64,000 nucleotides of DNA, taken from positions 4,863-68,862 of the forward strand of contig JBJDYU010000013.1 in the NCBI GenBank assembly GCA_051867615.1, written 5' to 3'. The position numbers and the translations under genes are program-made. The notes beneath the pieces were generated by a model, which saw only the letters and a list, made by a program, of their open reading frames with translations, did not search any database and was not told the DNA's origin. This DNA comes from Oscillospiraceae bacterium. GTDB taxonomy: Bacteria > Bacillota > Clostridia > Oscillospirales > Oscillospiraceae. Below, piece by piece: positions 54,865 through 64,000 of this stretch (position 1 is its first letter; each line of letters begins with the position of its first letter).

Positions 54865-54898
54865 AAAAAGGCGGAGGGAAGCAGCTCTTCCCTCCGCC
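54865..54898 (-). terminator. Rho-independent terminator of rpmF
   Basis: On the minus strand: GGCGGAGGGAAG-N5-CTTCCCTCCGCC followed by TTTTT. Confidence 0.85.
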
Positions 54899-54918
54899 CT
54901 GTGTTCCAGACGAAAAAA

Positions 54919-55113
54919 TTATTCAGCGACCTTGGACTTGATGGTCTTGACTTCGCGGCCGTTATAAGTGCCGCACTCAGGACACATTCTGTGAGGCAGA
55001 TGCAGCGCGCCGCACTTGGGGCACTTGATGAGGCCGGGAACGGCCAGCTTCCAGGTGGAGCTGCGTCTCTTATCTCTTCTCGCCTTGGATACTTTCCCCT
55101 TGGGGACTGCCAT
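54919..55113 (-). CDS. rpmF: 50S ribosomal protein L32
   Basis: [18 protein letters not shown]...CPKCG...CPECG. Confidence 0.95.
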   Translation of the reverse strand: MAVPKGKVSKARRDKRRSSTWKLAVPGLIKCPKCGALHLPHRMCPECGTYNGREVKTIKSKVAE

Positions 55114-55160
55114 GTTGACACCTCCTTGGTCTTAAACTGCGTTGCAGTGTATTTATGTTG

Positions 55161-55655
55161 TTATTCTTCCAGAAGCTGTGAAAGCGCTGCCCAGCGGGGG
55201 TCAAGCTCCTTTTTGCAGCCGCAGGGCCCCAGGTTCAGGTCCGCGCCGCAGCGTGGGCAAAGCCCCTTACAGTCTTCCGAGCAAAGGGTCTTTGTGTCCA
55301 TACCGAGGATGAACTCGCTCCTTGCCAGTTCGTCCAGGTCCACCTCGTCGTTTTCCAGCAGCAGAATCTCGTCGTTCTCCCCGTTTTCCAGCTCATCGGC
55401 CAGAAGGGTCTCATAGGAGACCTCCACGGGATTGTCGAAGACCTTTCCGCAGCGGTCGCAGACGGAGCGGAGGGTGGTGGCCATACGCATGGTGAGAGAG
55501 AGCACGCCCGCCGTGTTCCTGACCGATCCTTCCACTAAGACCGGGCGAACCGCCGGATACACGCCGCCGAAGTCCACACAGGACAGATCCATGGAGAAGT
55601 GGAAATCTATCCTTTCTCCGGGGGTGTTCATGATCTTTCTGACATTCAAACGCAT
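55161..55655 (-). CDS. YceD/DUF177 family protein
   Basis: CDRCGKVF...CSEDCKGLCPRCGADLN. Conserved position upstream of rpmF. The track ORF extension to 56555 is antisense to the pseudouridine synthase gene. Confidence 0.88.
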   Translation of the reverse strand: MRLNVRKIMNTPGERIDFHFSMDLSCVDFGGVYPAVRPVLVEGSVRNTAGVLSLTMRMATTLRSVCDRCGKVFDNPVEVSYETLLADELENGENDEILLLENDEVDLDELARSEFILGMDTKTLCSEDCKGLCPRCGADLNLGPCGCKKELDPRWAALSQLLEE

Positions 55656-55784
55656 AGTACACCTCGTAATGACACGGCTATTATTATAGAGGACGGCCCG
55701 GAGCTTGTCAAACATTTTCTTGCTTTTTTCCGGGAAAATCGTAAAATAGATGCAGACTGATCCGCTACAGGAAGGAGGGCCGCC

Positions 55785-56741
55785 ATGCGGGAGCTTACCG
55801 TGGGAAAAAACGACGCCGGCCAGCGGCTGGACCGCTTCGTGGGGAAGGCGCTGCCACTGCTGCCCCCTGCCCTGCTGCAGAAGTATGTGCGGCTCAAGCG
55901 CATCAAGCGCAACGGCCAGCGGGCCAAGGGCGACGAGCGGCTGTGCGAGGGCGACGTGCTGCAGCTCTACATCAACGACGAGTTCTTCGAGCAGCCCCGG
56001 GAGGACAACCTCTTCCTCACCCTGTTCCGCCCGTCCCTCGATATTGTGTACGAGGATGAGAATATCATGCTCCTCAACAAGCGGCCGGGACTGGTGGTGC
56101 ACGCGGACGAGACGGAAAAGGTCAACACCCTCATCAACCACATCCAGGCCTACCTCTACCAAAAGCGGGAGTGGAACCCCCGCTGGGAGAACGCCTTCAC
56201 CCCGGCCCTCTGCAACCGCATCGACCGCAACACCGGCGGCATCGTCATCGCAGCGAAAAACGCGGAGGCTCTGCGGGTCCTGAACGACAAAATCAGAGAT
56301 CGTGAGATCGCGAAGTTCTACCTCTGCATCACGCTTGGCCGCATGGAGCCTGCCGAGGGGCGGCTGGAGTGCTTCCTCCGCAAGGACGAGAGCCGCAACC
56401 AGGTGATGGTCTACCACCATCCCGTGCCGGAGGGCAAGACCGCCGTGACGCTGTACAAGACCCTGGCGGTGAGGGATGGGCTGTCCCTGGTGGAGGCGGA
56501 GCTGCTCACCGGGCGGACGCACCAGATCCGGGCCTCCTTCGCCGACGCGGGACACCCCCTGCTGGGGGACGGAAAATACGGCCGGGGCGAAGTCAACCGC
56601 CGCTACGGCGAAACAAGGCAGGCCCTGTACTCCTACCGCCTGCGCTTTGACTTTCCCACGGACGCGGGGCCGCTGAACTACCTCCGGGGCCGCAGCTTCG
56701 AGGTGCAGGAGGTTCCCTTCAAGACCAAGTATTTCGGCTGA
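55785..56741 (+). CDS. RluA-family 23S rRNA pseudouridine synthase with S4 domain
   Basis: NRIDRNTGGIVIAAK catalytic Asp motif, GRTHQIR, N-terminal S4-like segment. Confidence 0.9.
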   Translation: MRELTVGKNDAGQRLDRFVGKALPLLPPALLQKYVRLKRIKRNGQRAKGDERLCEGDVLQLYINDEFFEQPREDNLFLTLFRPSLDIVYEDENIMLLNKRPGLVVHADETEKVNTLINHIQAYLYQKREWNPRWENAFTPALCNRIDRNTGGIVIAAKNAEALRVLNDKIRDREIAKFYLCITLGRMEPAEGRLECFLRKDESRNQVMVYHHPVPEGKTAVTLYKTLAVRDGLSLVEAELLTGRTHQIRASFADAGHPLLGDGKYGRGEVNRRYGETRQALYSYRLRFDFPTDAGPLNYLRGRSFEVQEVPFKTKYFG

Positions 56742-56796
56742 TACCGCCGCCGTATCCGTTATTCTGCCGGGAAAGGCCCGGCCTTATCCCGCAGCA

Positions 56797-56828
56797 AGCC
56801 CCGCCTCTTTCGAGGCGGGGCTGTTTTT
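56797..56828. terminator. Bidirectional terminator
   Basis: AGCCCCGCCTC-TTTC-GAGGCGGGGCT followed by GTTTTT. Confidence 0.8.
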
Positions 56829-56843
56829 CACGCTTTCAGCAGC

Positions 56844-57929
56844 TCACTTCGCCGCCTTGACCTTGATCCAGAGCTCGGCCAGAGTCTTTTTCAGCACGGG
56901 ATTGTCCACGAACACCTCGTCCTTGCCATAGCCGGAGCGGGGCAGGTACGCTTCGTTCTCCGCGAACAGGCCGTCCTCGCCGCTGAGCTCATCCAGCACC
57001 TCCTGATTGGAGGAGGCGTAGCCCACGTACTCGGAGTTGCCGAGGGAGGCGTCATAGGTCAGCACATAGTTGATGAACTCGTGGGCCAGCAGGGGATTCT
57101 CCGCATTGGCGGGAATGACCATGGCGTCGCTCCAGATGTTGGTGCCCTCGCTGGGCATCCAGAAGCTCATGTCCTCGTTTTCCTCCAGAATGGTGGTGGC
57201 GTCGCCGCTGTACACCACGGCGATGTCCTTGGTGCCGTTGATCATGCCGTCGATGACCTCGTCCGTCACATAGACGGGGTCCATGGTGTTGTTCATATCC
57301 AGCAGCCATTCATAGGCGGCCTGGATCTCCGCCTCATCGTCCGTGTTCATGGAGTATCCCAGCGCCTTGAAGGCCATCATGAAGGAGTCCCGCTCGGAGT
57401 CGTAGACATAGATCCGGCCCTTATAGTCCGTGTTCCGCAGGATCTCATAGCCCTGAGACTCCACCACGGCGGGATCCACGTTGTTGTGATTGTACACGAT
57501 GCCCACGCTGCCCCAGAAGTAAGGCACGGAATAGCTGTTGTCCGGGTCGTAGGGTAGGTTCTTCACGCCCTCCGCGAGGTTCGAGAGGTTCGGGATCAAA
57601 GAATGGTCCAGCTCCTGCAGCATCCCCTCCGAGATCAGGCGCTCGATCATATAGTCGGAGGGCACCAGCACGTCGTAAGCGTCCCCGGCCTGCAGCTTGG
57701 TATACATCATTTCATTGGAGTCGAAATACTCCACGATGACCTTCACGCCGAACTGCTTCTCAAAGTCGCTGATAAGGCTCTCGCCCATATACTCGCCCCA
57801 GTTATACAGCTTCAGTGTGTCGGAGCCGTATTTCTCCACCGCGTCCTCCGAGGACGCGCCGCCGCCGCAGCCGGACAGGACGGGCAGCAGCATCAGCGCC
57901 GCCATCACCAGTACAAGCACTTTCTTCAT
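56844..57929 (-). CDS. potD: Spermidine/putrescine ABC transporter substrate-binding lipoprotein
   Basis: Lipobox LSGCGG and PotD-like periplasmic binding fold. Last gene of the pot operon. Confidence 0.88.
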   Translation of the reverse strand: MKKVLVLVMAALMLLPVLSGCGGGASSEDAVEKYGSDTLKLYNWGEYMGESLISDFEKQFGVKVIVEYFDSNEMMYTKLQAGDAYDVLVPSDYMIERLISEGMLQELDHSLIPNLSNLAEGVKNLPYDPDNSYSVPYFWGSVGIVYNHNNVDPAVVESQGYEILRNTDYKGRIYVYDSERDSFMMAFKALGYSMNTDDEAEIQAAYEWLLDMNNTMDPVYVTDEVIDGMINGTKDIAVVYSGDATTILEENEDMSFWMPSEGTNIWSDAMVIPANAENPLLAHEFINYVLTYDASLGNSEYVGYASSNQEVLDELSGEDGLFAENEAYLPRSGYGKDEVFVDNPVLKKTLAELWIKVKAAK

Positions 57930-58726
57930 TTCTTTGTTCTCCTTTTCTCTTTGATGATCGGTACTATGTTCACAATGACCAGGGCCACTGTGATCAGCGC
58001 GATGACCAGCGTGGACAGCGCGTTGATGGAGGGATTCACCCGCTTTGACATGGTATAGACCAGAATGGAAATATTCTGCACGCCGTTGCCCGTGACGAAA
58101 TACGAGATGATGAAGTCGTCAAAGCTCATGGTAAAGGCGATGAGGGCGCCGGAGACGATGCCCGGCCGGATCTGGGGCACGATGACCTTCACCAGCGCCT
58201 GAAAGGGCGTGGCGCCCAGGTCCATGGCCGCGTCGATCAGGTTCGGGTCCAGGGAGCGGAGCTTCGGCGAGACGCTCAGCATCACATAGGGGATGCAGAA
58301 CATGATGTGGGCCAGCAGCAGGGTGAAAAAGCCCTTCTTCACCGCAAGCGCGCTGAAGAAAATGAGCAGGCTGATGGCCGTGACGATATCCGGGTTCATG
58401 ACAGGGAGCTGGTTCACTCCCTCCACCAGCTGCTGCACCACCTTCCGCGACTTGGAAAGGCCGATGGCGGTGATGGTGCCCACCACGGTGGAGATCACCG
58501 TGGCGAGCAGGGCGATGACGATGGTGTAAAAGACGGCCTCCATCATGGTGGAATCCGCGAACATCTTCTCATACCAGCGCAGGGAGAAGCCGCTGAAGGA
58601 GGTCAGGGACCGGGAATCGTTGAAGGAAAAGACGATGATATAGAGGATAGGCAGGTAAAAGAACAGCAGGGTCAGCGCCAGGACCACTTTCGTGCCGATA
58701 TGGCGTTTTTTCGTCATGGCTCTCAC
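57926..58726 (-). CDS. potC: Spermidine/putrescine ABC transporter permease
   Basis: Six-TM BPD-transport permease with the EAA-like loop DAAMDLGATPFQA. Confidence 0.88.
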   Translation of the reverse strand: MRAMTKKRHIGTKVVLALTLLFFYLPILYIIVFSFNDSRSLTSFSGFSLRWYEKMFADSTMMEAVFYTIVIALLATVISTVVGTITAIGLSKSRKVVQQLVEGVNQLPVMNPDIVTAISLLIFFSALAVKKGFFTLLLAHIMFCIPYVMLSVSPKLRSLDPNLIDAAMDLGATPFQALVKVIVPQIRPGIVSGALIAFTMSFDDFIISYFVTGNGVQNISILVYTMSKRVNPSINALSTLVIALITVALVIVNIVPIIKEKRRTKK

Positions 58727-59559
58727 TCCTTTCCTGCCGACGCGGGCTGCGCGTCCACCTTATGGGTCAGCCACATGGAGAACATGATGATGATCGCCAT
58801 GATAAGGGAAATGGCGCTGCCAAAGTTCCAGTCGCCCGTGGTGAGGAACTGCGTCTCGATGATGTTGCCCACGAGGACGTACTGTCCGCCGCCCAGCAGC
58901 TTCGGGATGAAGAAGCTGGAGACCGCGGGCAGGAACACCAGCGTGATGCCGCTGATAACGCCGGGCAGGGACAGCGGCAGCGTCACCCGCAGGAAAGACT
59001 GGAGCTTCCCTGCTCCCAGGTCCGCCGCCGCGTCCAGCAGGTTCTTGTCCATCTTTGCAAGGGACGTGTGGATCTGCAGGATCATAAAGGGGATGAAGTT
59101 ATACACCATGCCGAGGATGACGGCGAAGCTGGTGTGGAGCATCTTCACCGGGCCGATGCAGAAAAAGCCCAGGATGCTGTTGAGAATGCCGTTGTCCTGC
59201 AAAATGCCCATCCAGGCGTAGGTACGCACCAGCATATTGATCCAGGTGGGCATGGTGATAAGCAGGATCATCAGCATATTGCTGTGTCCGGGAAGCTGGG
59301 CGATGATATAGGCCACGGGATAGCCCAGCAGCACGCAGATGACGGTGGTGACGACGGCGATATACAGCGACCGCCAGAGCACCCCCATGAACACCGTGTC
59401 GGTGACGAAGCGCCGGAAGTTATCCAGCGAGAACTTGAAGGTCGTCACGTCGTTGCCCTCCACGGTGAAGGCGTACAGCACGATCAGCAGCATGGGAATG
59501 ACGATCATGACGCTGATCCAGGCCACGTAGGGGTAGGTCATGGAACGGAATTTCTTCAT
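58723..59559 (-). CDS. potB: Spermidine/putrescine ABC transporter permease
   Basis: EAA-like loop DAAADLGAGKLQSF. Start overlaps the potA stop. Confidence 0.88.
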   Translation of the reverse strand: MKKFRSMTYPYVAWISVMIVIPMLLIVLYAFTVEGNDVTTFKFSLDNFRRFVTDTVFMGVLWRSLYIAVVTTVICVLLGYPVAYIIAQLPGHSNMLMILLITMPTWINMLVRTYAWMGILQDNGILNSILGFFCIGPVKMLHTSFAVILGMVYNFIPFMILQIHTSLAKMDKNLLDAAADLGAGKLQSFLRVTLPLSLPGVISGITLVFLPAVSSFFIPKLLGGGQYVLVGNIIETQFLTTGDWNFGSAISLIMAIIIMFSMWLTHKVDAQPASAGKE

Positions 59560-61145
59560 CAGCTGTTCCTCTCCTTCTCCATGACGTGGATATCCTCCGG
59601 CCGGAAGCTGAGGCCCACCTCTTCTCCCTCCTCGAAGGGCCGGGGCGTGGCCACGAGATACTCATAGCCCTTGGTGGAGAAGGTGATGGGATAGACGCCG
59701 GGCTGGATATCCTCCCAGTCAAAGTCGTACTTCACGTCGGTGATGGCCACCTCGCCGCCGTCCTCCAGGCTCCAGGCCGAGGCGTTGGCCCAGGTCTTCA
59801 GGTCGGTGTCCAGCGCCATGGAGTCGATGATATCGTCGGTCTTGACGAAGAAGTTCATGGCGTAGATCTCCTCCTGGAAGACCTTGCTCACCACGCGGTT
59901 CTCGTCCTTGACGATACACTGCACGGTGATGGAGGTACCGGAAGCGGTGGTGAAGGTCACGGGATAGCGGCCCGCCTCCTTCTTGATCTCATGCTCCACG
60001 CCGCGGATGGAGACCGGCTCCTCCGTCTCGGAGTCCCAGGCCTCCGCCGCCGCCAAGGTCACGATATCGGAATCGGTGAACTCGTCCACGTCGCTGATAT
60101 CCAGGAAGAAGGTGTTGGCGGAGATCTTCTCGCCCTCTTTTTCGTTATACACGGGCTTATCCTCGGAGACGTTCATCTGCACCGTGATGGAGGTGCCCAC
60201 CCGGGTCTCCACGATGGTCTCGTAATGCATCCCCTTAAACAGCTGGGACTTGACGATACCCTTGAGCATCCCCTGCTCCCGGGGGACGATGTTCAGATGC
60301 TCCGGCCGGATGACCACGTCCACCTTCTCGCCCTTTTCATAGCCCCGAACCCGGCAGGCAAAGCGCTTATCCTCGAACTGCACCAGATCGTCCTCCAGCA
60401 TGACGCCGTCGATGATGTTGGTCTCGCCGATGAACTTCGCCACGAACTGGTTGACAGGCTTGCGGTAGATCTCGCCGGGAGAGCCGATCTGCTGGATCTC
60501 GCCGTCCTTCATGACCACGATCTTGTCGGACATGGTCAGGGCTTCCTCCTGGTCGTGGGTGACGTAGATGAAGGTGATGCCCACCTCCTGCTGGAGCTGC
60601 TTGAGCTCATGCTGCATCTCCTTGCGGAGCTTCAGGTCCAGCGCGCCCAGCGGCTCGTCCAGCAGCAGGACGCTGGGCTCGTTCACCAGCGCCCGGGCGA
60701 TGGCGATGCGCTGCTGCTGGCCGCCGGACAGCTCCGTGACATTGCGCTTGGCGTAATCCTCCAGATTCACCAGACGCAGCATACGCATGACCTTCTGCTC
60801 GATGACGTCCTTGGGAGCCTTCTTGATCTTCAGGCCGAAGGCGATGTTGTCAAAGACGTTCATGTGGGGGAACAGGGCGTATTTCTGGAACACCGTGTTG
60901 ATCTCCCGCCGGTAAGGCGGCACAGCGGCGATATCCTCTCCGTCGAACAGCACCTGCCCCTCCGTGGGCTGCAGAAAGCCGCCGAGGATGCGCAGGAGCG
61001 TGGTCTTGCCGCAGCCGGAGGGCCCCAGCAAGGTCACAAATTCGTTCTCGTAAATATCCAGGCTGATGCCACGCAGCACCACCTGCCCGTCTTCAAAGCT
61101 CTTGACGATATTCTTAAACTGGATCAGCTTCTTTTTTTCTTCCAT
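59559..61145 (-). CDS. potA: Spermidine/putrescine ABC transporter ATPase, unusually long (528 aa) with an internal insertion
   Basis: [35 protein letters not shown]. The C-terminal regulatory domain is split by about 175 aa (residues 318-493). Confidence 0.9.
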   Translation of the reverse strand: MEEKKKLIQFKNIVKSFEDGQVVLRGISLDIYENEFVTLLGPSGCGKTTLLRILGGFLQPTEGQVLFDGEDIAAVPPYRREINTVFQKYALFPHMNVFDNIAFGLKIKKAPKDVIEQKVMRMLRLVNLEDYAKRNVTELSGGQQQRIAIARALVNEPSVLLLDEPLGALDLKLRKEMQHELKQLQQEVGITFIYVTHDQEEALTMSDKIVVMKDGEIQQIGSPGEIYRKPVNQFVAKFIGETNIIDGVMLEDDLVQFEDKRFACRVRGYEKGEKVDVVIRPEHLNIVPREQGMLKGIVKSQLFKGMHYETIVETRVGTSITVQMNVSEDKPVYNEKEGEKISANTFFLDISDVDEFTDSDIVTLAAAEAWDSETEEPVSIRGVEHEIKKEAGRYPVTFTTASGTSITVQCIVKDENRVVSKVFQEEIYAMNFFVKTDDIIDSMALDTDLKTWANASAWSLEDGGEVAITDVKYDFDWEDIQPGVYPITFSTKGYEYLVATPRPFEEGEEVGLSFRPEDIHVMEKERNS

Positions 61146-61169
61146 GTTTCTTTCTCCTGCTTTCCGAAA

Positions 61170-61703
61170 TTAAAAGAGAGGCGGGGTGGAGACCCACAGC
61201 ACCCGGGCGGTGGTCTTCCGTTCGTTTTTCAGATGGTGGAAGGATTTTCCGTGGAGATAAAAGGTCTCACCCCGGCGCAGGACGTAGCGCTTGCCGTCGC
61301 AGACCAGCGTCACGGACCCCTCCAGCACCACGCCGAACTCCTCCCCCGTGTGGGGCTCCAGCTCAAAGGATTCCCCTCCGGCGGGCAGCTCAAGCAAAAT
61401 AGGCTCCATCTGGTTTTTCTGGGTGTTGGGCACGATCCAGGTGACGGTGTAGCCCTCCTTCTCGCTGCTGAAGAAATCGTTTTTGCTGAAGGTGAACTTC
61501 TCGTCCTTGGCGTCGCTGAAAAAATCCGCGAGATTGCTGCCAAGGGCCTCCAGAATATCCTCCAGCGTGGCGATGGAGGGCGAGGTCAGGTCCCGCTCCA
61601 GCTGGGACAGAAAGCCCTTGCTCAGCTCGCTGCGGCTGGCAAGCTCCTCCAGCGTCAGCTCCTTTTGCAATCGCAGCTTGCGTATACTCTTTCCGATATC
61701 CAA
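61170..61703 (-). CDS. XRE-family HTH regulator with C-terminal cupin domain (PuuR-like)
   Basis: IRKLRLQKELTLEELASRSELSKGFLSQLERD plus cupin GEEFGVVLEGSVTL...FYLHGKSFHHL. TTG at 61703 is 7 nt after GGGAGG. The track start is at 61775. Confidence 0.8.
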   Translation of the reverse strand: MDIGKSIRKLRLQKELTLEELASRSELSKGFLSQLERDLTSPSIATLEDILEALGSNLADFFSDAKDEKFTFSKNDFFSSEKEGYTVTWIVPNTQKNQMEPILLELPAGGESFELEPHTGEEFGVVLEGSVTLVCDGKRYVLRRGETFYLHGKSFHHLKNERKTTARVLWVSTPPLF

Positions 61704-61731
61704 AAAACCGCCTCCCGGAAGTTTTGTCGTA

Positions 61732-61794
61732 CTAAACCAAAAGATTATTTTTGCTAAACCAAGGCTATTATACATACCCTGTGGAAAATTGCAA
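61732..61794 (-). promoter_or_regulatory. Promoter and direct-repeat operator candidate for the regulator-potABCD operon
   Basis: On the minus strand: TTGCAA (61789-61794), 16 nt, TGTATAAT (-10 at 61767-61772). TTGGTTTAG then occurs twice (61754-61762 and 61732-61740), 22 bp apart. Confidence 0.45.
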
Positions 61795-61844
61795 TAGTTT
61801 TAAACAAAAAATTTAGAATTTGTAAACCGCGGGCAAAAAGTGAA

Positions 61845-61873
61845 CCGGAGCCTCCCCTTTGGGGAAGCTCCGG
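61845..61873 (-). terminator. Hairpin after polC
   Basis: CCGGAGCCTCCCC-TTT-GGGGAAGCTCCGG (one mismatch) with a short T-run a few nt downstream on the minus strand. Confidence 0.55.
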
Positions 61874-61880
61874 TAAATTG

Positions 61881-64000
61881 TCAGAACAGGCTCAGCTGGC
61901 TGCTGTCGGCCATGCCGGCGAAGGCGCCCAGGGCCTTGAGCTGCTCGATGTGGGTCTTGGAGACCTTGCCGCAGGACATGGCGAACTCCTCGATGGAGGC
62001 GTAGTCCGCGCCCACGCGCTTTTCCACGATCTCCTGCGCCGCCGTCTCGCCCAGCCCCCGCACCGCCACAAAAGGCGGCCGCAGGCCGTCGCCCTCGATA
62101 CGGAAGCGGGTGGCCCCGGATTCGTACAGGTGCAGCGGCAGGAAATGAAAGCCCCGGAGGTAGAACTCATAGCAGACCTCCAGCGTCACCAGCAGGTCCT
62201 GCTCCACAGCGGTGGCGTCTTTGTTGTTCTCGATCTCCCGGATCTTCCGCTTCACCTCGTCCAGCCCCGCCGTGCAGATCTCCGCGTCGAAGGCCTTGGC
62301 CCGGATGGAGAAATAGGTGGCGTAAAACGCCAAGGGGCGGTGGACCTTGAACCAGGCGATGCGGAAGGCCATCATGACGTAGGCCACCGCGTGGGCCTTG
62401 GGGAACAGGTAGCCGATCTTCGCGAGAGATTCGATGTACCACTCCGGCACCTCGTGGGCCCGCATGGCCTCCTCCCAGCCCTCCTGAAAGCCGCCCTTCT
62501 TCACCTTGCCCTTGCGGACGGCCTCCATGATCTTGAAGGACATCTTCGGCTCCACGCCCTTGCTCATCAGGTACAGCATGATATCGTCGCGGCAGCCCAC
62601 GGTCTCCAGAACGCCGGCGGTGCCGCTGAGGATCAGCTCCTTGGCGTTGCCGAGCCACACGTCCGTGCCGTGGGAGAAGCCGGAGAGCCGCAGCAGGGTG
62701 TTGAAATCCTTCGGCTGCGTGTCCACCAGCATCTGCCGGGTGAAGCGGGTGTTGAACTCCGGAATGGCCACGGCCCCCGTGGGGCCAAGCACATCGTCGT
62801 TCTCGTAGCCCAAGACCTTGCTGGAGGTAAAAATGCTCATGGTGTCCGGGTCGTCCAGCGGGATGGTCCGGGCGTTGACCCCGGTCAGATCCTCCAGCAT
62901 ACGGATCATGGAGGGGTCATCGTGTCCCAGCATATCCAGCTTCAGGAGGTTGTCCTCCATGGAGTGGTATTCAAAATGGGTGGTGATGATGTCGCTGTCC
63001 GCGGCGTCCGCCGGGTGCTGGACGGGGCAGAAATCCTCCATATCCATGTCATCCGGCACCACCACCAGGCCGCCGGGGTGCTGGCCGGTGGTGCGCTTGA
63101 CGCCCACGCAGCCGCTGGCGAGCCGCAGCTTCTCCGCCTGCGGCACCTCCATGCCCCGCTTTTCCAGATATTTCAGCACATAGCCGAAGGCGGTCTTTTC
63201 CGCCACGGTGCCGATGGTGCCGGCGCGGAACACCTGCGTCTTGCCGAACATCTCAATGGCGTGCTGATGGGCCCGGGCCTGATACTCGCCGGAGAAGTTC
63301 AGATCGATATCCGGCACCTTGCCGCCGCCGTAGCCGAGGAAGGTCTCAAAGGGGATGTCGAAGCCGTCCTTGGCGTACTTCTCCCCGCAGATGGGGCAGA
63401 CCCTGTCCGGCATATCCGCGCCGCAGCCATACGAGCCGTCCGTCACGAATTCCACGTTCCGGCACTTGGGGCAGCGGTAATGGGGCGGCAGGGAGTTCAC
63501 CTCCGTGATGCCCGCCATGTAGGCCACAAGCGAGGAGCCCACGCTGCCCCGGCTGCCCACCAGATAGCCGTTTTCGAGGCTCCGCTGCACCAGCTTCTGG
63601 GCGCTCATGTACACCACGTCGTACTTGCCGAGGATGCTTTTCAGCTCCACCTCCAGACGTTCGCGGATCAGGTCCGGCAGCGGATCGCCGTACAGCTCGT
63701 GGGCCTTTTCCCAGACCATGCGGTTCAAGTCCTCCTCGGAATTCTCCAGCCGCGGAGGAAAGAGCTTGCCCTTGGGCAGCAGCTCGATATTTTCGATCTC
63801 ATCGGCGATGCGGTTCGGGTTCGTCACCACCACCTCGTAGGCCTTCTCCTCGCCGAGATAGCTGAACTCCTGCAGCATCTCGTCGGTGGTCTTGAAGTAC
63901 AGCGGCAGCGGCTCGTCGCAGTCCTTGAAATCCTTCACATCCAGCAGGATGCGGCGGTAGACCTCGTCCTCCGGGTCCTTGAAATGCACGTCGCCCGTGG
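61881..64000 (-). CDS. polC: DNA polymerase III PolC-type, C-terminal part (gene continues beyond the window)
   Basis: Zinc-finger CPKCRNVEF...CPICG, HPGG, polymerase palm/fingers and a C-terminal HhH region. The frame is open to the window edge. Confidence 0.93.
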   Translation of the reverse strand, partial: TGDVHFKDPEDEVYRRILLDVKDFKDCDEPLPLYFKTTDEMLQEFSYLGEEKAYEVVVTNPNRIADEIENIELLPKGKLFPPRLENSEEDLNRMVWEKAHELYGDPLPDLIRERLEVELKSILGKYDVVYMSAQKLVQRSLENGYLVGSRGSVGSSLVAYMAGITEVNSLPPHYRCPKCRNVEFVTDGSYGCGADMPDRVCPICGEKYAKDGFDIPFETFLGYGGGKVPDIDLNFSGEYQARAHQHAIEMFGKTQVFRAGTIGTVAEKTAFGYVLKYLEKRGMEVPQAEKLRLASGCVGVKRTTGQHPGGLVVVPDDMDMEDFCPVQHPADAADSDIITTHFEYHSMEDNLLKLDMLGHDDPSMIRMLEDLTGVNARTIPLDDPDTMSIFTSSKVLGYENDDVLGPTGAVAIPEFNTRFTRQMLVDTQPKDFNTLLRLSGFSHGTDVWLGNAKELILSGTAGVLETVGCRDDIMLYLMSKGVEPKMSFKIMEAVRKGKVKKGGFQEGWEEAMRAHEVPEWYIESLAKIGYLFPKAHAVAYVMMAFRIAWFKVHRPLAFYATYFSIRAKAFDAEICTAGLDEVKRKIREIENNKDATAVEQDLLVTLEVCYEFYLRGFHFLPLHLYESGATRFRIEGDGLRPPFVAVRGLGETAAQEIVEKRVGADYASIEEFAMSCGKVSKTHIEQLKALGAFAGMADSSQLSLF

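Noticed and set aside
54744-55121. 125-aa minus-strand ORF overlapping rpmF in another frame and running through its terminator
   Set aside because: It covers the rpmF terminator and promoter region, and has no RBS or motif support.
55656-56555. Upstream 300-aa extension of the YceD ORF
   Set aside because: It is antisense to the well-supported RluA-family gene. The YceD family is about 165-180 aa, and an ATG at 55655 gives the conserved N-terminus.
59586-61757. 723-aa ORF antisense to potA and the XRE-cupin regulator
   Set aside because: It spans two real minus-strand genes and their intergenic gap, and has antisense-type composition. The same applies to 26984-29077, 30445-32124, 7430-9052, 48612-50924, 51148-52557, 53336-54610, 5488-6771, 6402-7610 and 32937-34361.

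Overview
High-GC Firmicutes-type chromosomal segment. PolC and DnaE are both present, along with WhiA/RapZ/HprK, Gram-positive lipoboxes and GGAGG ribosome-binding sites, which fits an Oscillospiraceae/Clostridia-like organism. The content is almost entirely core housekeeping. It includes an arsR-copA copper module and a TetR/ABC-2 exporter, then folD, lgt, an M16 peptidase pair, and ylxM-ffh-rpsP-khpA. A reverse-oriented lipoate module (lplA-lipA-lipoyl domain-lplA) follows, then rimM-trmD and a Mn2+ (yybP-ykoY-like) riboswitch in front of a P-type ATPase. Next come a yabE-like G5/3D protein, rsmA, greA, and a Pho locus (two Na/Pi-PhoU transporters flanking phoP-phoR-HD). The rest comprises an RR/HK/HtrA stress module, dnaE, whiA-rapZ-murB-glcK-hprK, rpmB, gpsA-plsY-der, rpmF-yceD, an RluA-family synthase, an XRE-cupin regulator with potABCD, and the 3' part of polC. 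I saw no rRNA, tRNA, CRISPR array, integrase, transposase or recognisable defence system. The least explained signal is a set of four AT-richer intergenic islands built from short perfect hairpins. Two of them (40393-40742 and 54608-54753) share a collinear modular element whose differences preserve pairing. Other second-look items are a ~175-aa two-repeat insertion splitting the C-terminal domain of PotA, the lipoate module with two ligase paralogs and a free lipoyl domain, matching direct-repeat operators in two Pho promoters, and a possible orphan WapI-like immunity gene coupled to rsmA. All calls rest on motif recognition and manual inspection; no searches or folding programs were run. Many long ORFs in the track are antisense artefacts of the high GC content. 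Several true starts lie downstream of the track's first start and were re-placed using RBS spacing.
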